57,694 nucleotides of DNA from an uncultured archaeon (GTDB lineage Archaea; Aenigmatarchaeota; Aenigmatarchaeia; GW2011-AR5), in NCBI GenBank assembly GCA_964456345.1, contig CAYVZO010000001.1, forward strand, positions 1 to 57,694. Direction: 5' to 3'. Under the pieces are notes generated by a model that made no database searches, was not told the origin of the DNA, and saw only the letters and a list, made by a program, of their open reading frames with translations. Below are positions 56,538-57,694 of the stretch, piece after piece. Numbering within the stretch: the first letter of the stretch is position 1; every line of letters begins with the position of its first letter. Position numbers and translations under genes: made by a program.

Positions 56538-57433
56538 ATAGCTCTTTGTTCACTTTTAATCCCGGCAATCATATAAGCGCCGACCAGGATTACAGCAGAA
56601 CCTGCAAGTTGTATTAGCGGTGCAGGCTCACCAAGAAACGTTACACCCAGAATAAGGGATACAACAGGCGCTAGTAGTAATAGCACCGAAGCCTTGGATA
56701 CATTAATGAAACGCAGGGCCCAGTAGTAGCACAGTACGTAAGTGAATAATATCACTGTGGATATTCCTATATTGACAATCTGCCCGGCTGTCAGTGACAA
56801 CAAGATGCCTAATTTCCCTGTTATGAGGACAACACCGAACAGTATCATCCCGCCGAAGAACATTCTTGCGAACGAGACTATGAAATTCGTCTCGCCTTTT
56901 AGCATAGCTTTTCTTGCTATAACATTTTCAGCAGCCCAGAGTATTGTCGCACCTATAATCATCAGGTCACCTAATTGCGGATTCATCCAGAGTTCTGCAG
57001 GGTTTATGGTCGCAGAATATATTGCTATTGTACCCAAAAACATCAATGCCATAGCGAATAGATATTTTTTCGTAATCTTCTCTTTCAGTAATATGAATGC
57101 AAGAACAGCAACATACAACGGAAGCGTCTTGTGTAGGAAAGCTGCGTGACCAGACGTCGTGAGTTTCAACCCTGAGAAAAAAAGCAGGAATGCGAAAGAG
57201 CCGCCTACCACTGCGATAGCTGCAAGGTACTTCCAGGAAACAGTAAATTTCTTATGTCCTTTATTCATAACCAATGACAATGCCAAGAATATGCTGCCTA
57301 TGATAACCGCACGGACTGCAGTGAACACAACAGGATCGGTGCTCACAACGAATATCTTGTTCGCGGGAATGGCAATACCGCTGACTATTGCAGTTAATAA
57401 AGCTAGTATTGTGCCTGCTAGTTCTTTATTCAT
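56534..57433 (-). CDS. EamA/DMT-superfamily transporter
   Basis: 299 aa with about 10 TM helices in two similar halves. ATGA overlaps with both neighbours. Confidence 0.75.
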   Translation of the reverse strand: MNKELAGTILALLTAIVSGIAIPANKIFVVSTDPVVFTAVRAVIIGSIFLALSLVMNKGHKKFTVSWKYLAAIAVVGGSFAFLLFFSGLKLTTSGHAAFLHKTLPLYVAVLAFILLKEKITKKYLFAMALMFLGTIAIYSATINPAELWMNPQLGDLMIIGATILWAAENVIARKAMLKGETNFIVSFARMFFGGMILFGVVLITGKLGILLSLTAGQIVNIGISTVILFTYVLCYYWALRFINVSKASVLLLLAPVVSLILGVTFLGEPAPLIQLAGSAVILVGAYMIAGIKSEQRAI

Positions 57434-57687
57434 TTAATCACTTCAACTATAAAGTCCCAATGCGTCACTACTTTATCATTTTTATGCACGTCTACAAAAT
57501 CTGTCTTATAATTTCTCTTTCCAGCTGAATTTATAACTGTTGCTTCGCCAGCTTGAACAGATAAGACCGTACCAATACGCGTTTGGCATGCTTCTGGATC
57601 AAAGTCTCCCATTTCTTCGTATCTTTTCTCAATCACTTCGTCATGCCTTTTGAGAAAATATTCCCTAACAACATCTTCGTCTATCAT
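57430..57687 (-). CDS. Hypothetical protein with weak HypC/HupF-like C-terminal pattern
   Basis: CQTRIGTVLSVQAGEATVINSAGKRN...VHKNDKVVTHWDFIVEVI loosely parallels HypC (MCxxxPG...GDyVLvHvGfAi). The Cys is internal, at about residue 34. Confidence 0.3.
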   Translation of the reverse strand: MIDEDVVREYFLKRHDEVIEKRYEEMGDFDPEACQTRIGTVLSVQAGEATVINSAGKRNYKTDFVDVHKNDKVVTHWDFIVEVIK

Positions 57688-57694
57688 GTCCTTG

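Noticed and set aside
1-57694. Search for tRNA, rRNA, C/D-box sRNA, transposase/integrase genes and terminal inverted repeats
   Set aside because: I recognised no T-loop/acceptor-stem patterns, no rRNA-like stretches and no transposase or integrase motifs by eye. A dedicated scan (tRNAscan, Rfam models) is needed to exclude small RNAs.

Overview
Compact archaeal chromosomal segment. Archaeal markers are a histone, Orc1/Cdc6, family-B DNA polymerase, a PolD small-subunit (DP1) homologue, archaeal DnaG, RadA, RPA, Hjc, NAC and AglB. Many neighbouring genes overlap by 4 nt (ATGA), and GTG/TTG starts are common. I recognised no rRNA, tRNA, CRISPR array, transposase or integrase. Content, left to right: (1) a surface-glycan/N-glycosylation island (1-11.3 kb) with epimerases, GT4/GT2 transferases, an alkaline-phosphatase-superfamily enzyme, a sugar nucleotidyltransferase, a UDP-sugar dehydrogenase and an AglB/STT3 encoded as two genes. 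(2) Lipid and secretion genes (geranylgeranyl reductase, SecF/SecD), a divergent PurF-like protein, NAC and a TctA-type permease. (3) A replication cluster orc1/cdc6 - short DP1-like - polB, in which PolB carries an extra C-terminal Cys cluster. (4) The thiolase/HMG-CoA synthase/DUF35 operon and, separately, a class II HMG-CoA reductase. (5) A sulfate-activation cluster (DUF2061, TauE, CysD, a HIT remnant, CysN) with an RHH protein and a small AP-superfamily enzyme. (6) Hjc, a CBS protein, an HD-domain gene interrupted by an in-frame TAA, DnaG, three peptidases, phosphoglucomutase, a nucleotidyltransferase, LigT and a GT20 (OtsA-like) enzyme. (7) A 627-bp non-coding gap containing about 26 helically phased GTGAA/TTCAC iterons, directly upstream of an AAA+/winged-helix gene. 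(8) A PRC-barrel protein, RadA, RPA, a histone, YidD and small wHTH proteins. (9) A PflX-like radical SAM protein and a minimal two-subunit [NiFe]-hydrogenase operon with a maturation protease, an embedded EamA transporter and a HypC-like ORF. The two strongest leads are the iteron array with its atypical initiator-like ATPase (47.0-48.9 kb) and the eukaryote-like pairing of a Zn-ribbon-bearing PolB with a degenerate DP1/B-subunit homologue next to orc1 (20.2-25.3 kb). All calls rest on motif-level reading of the translated ORFs; no database search was possible.
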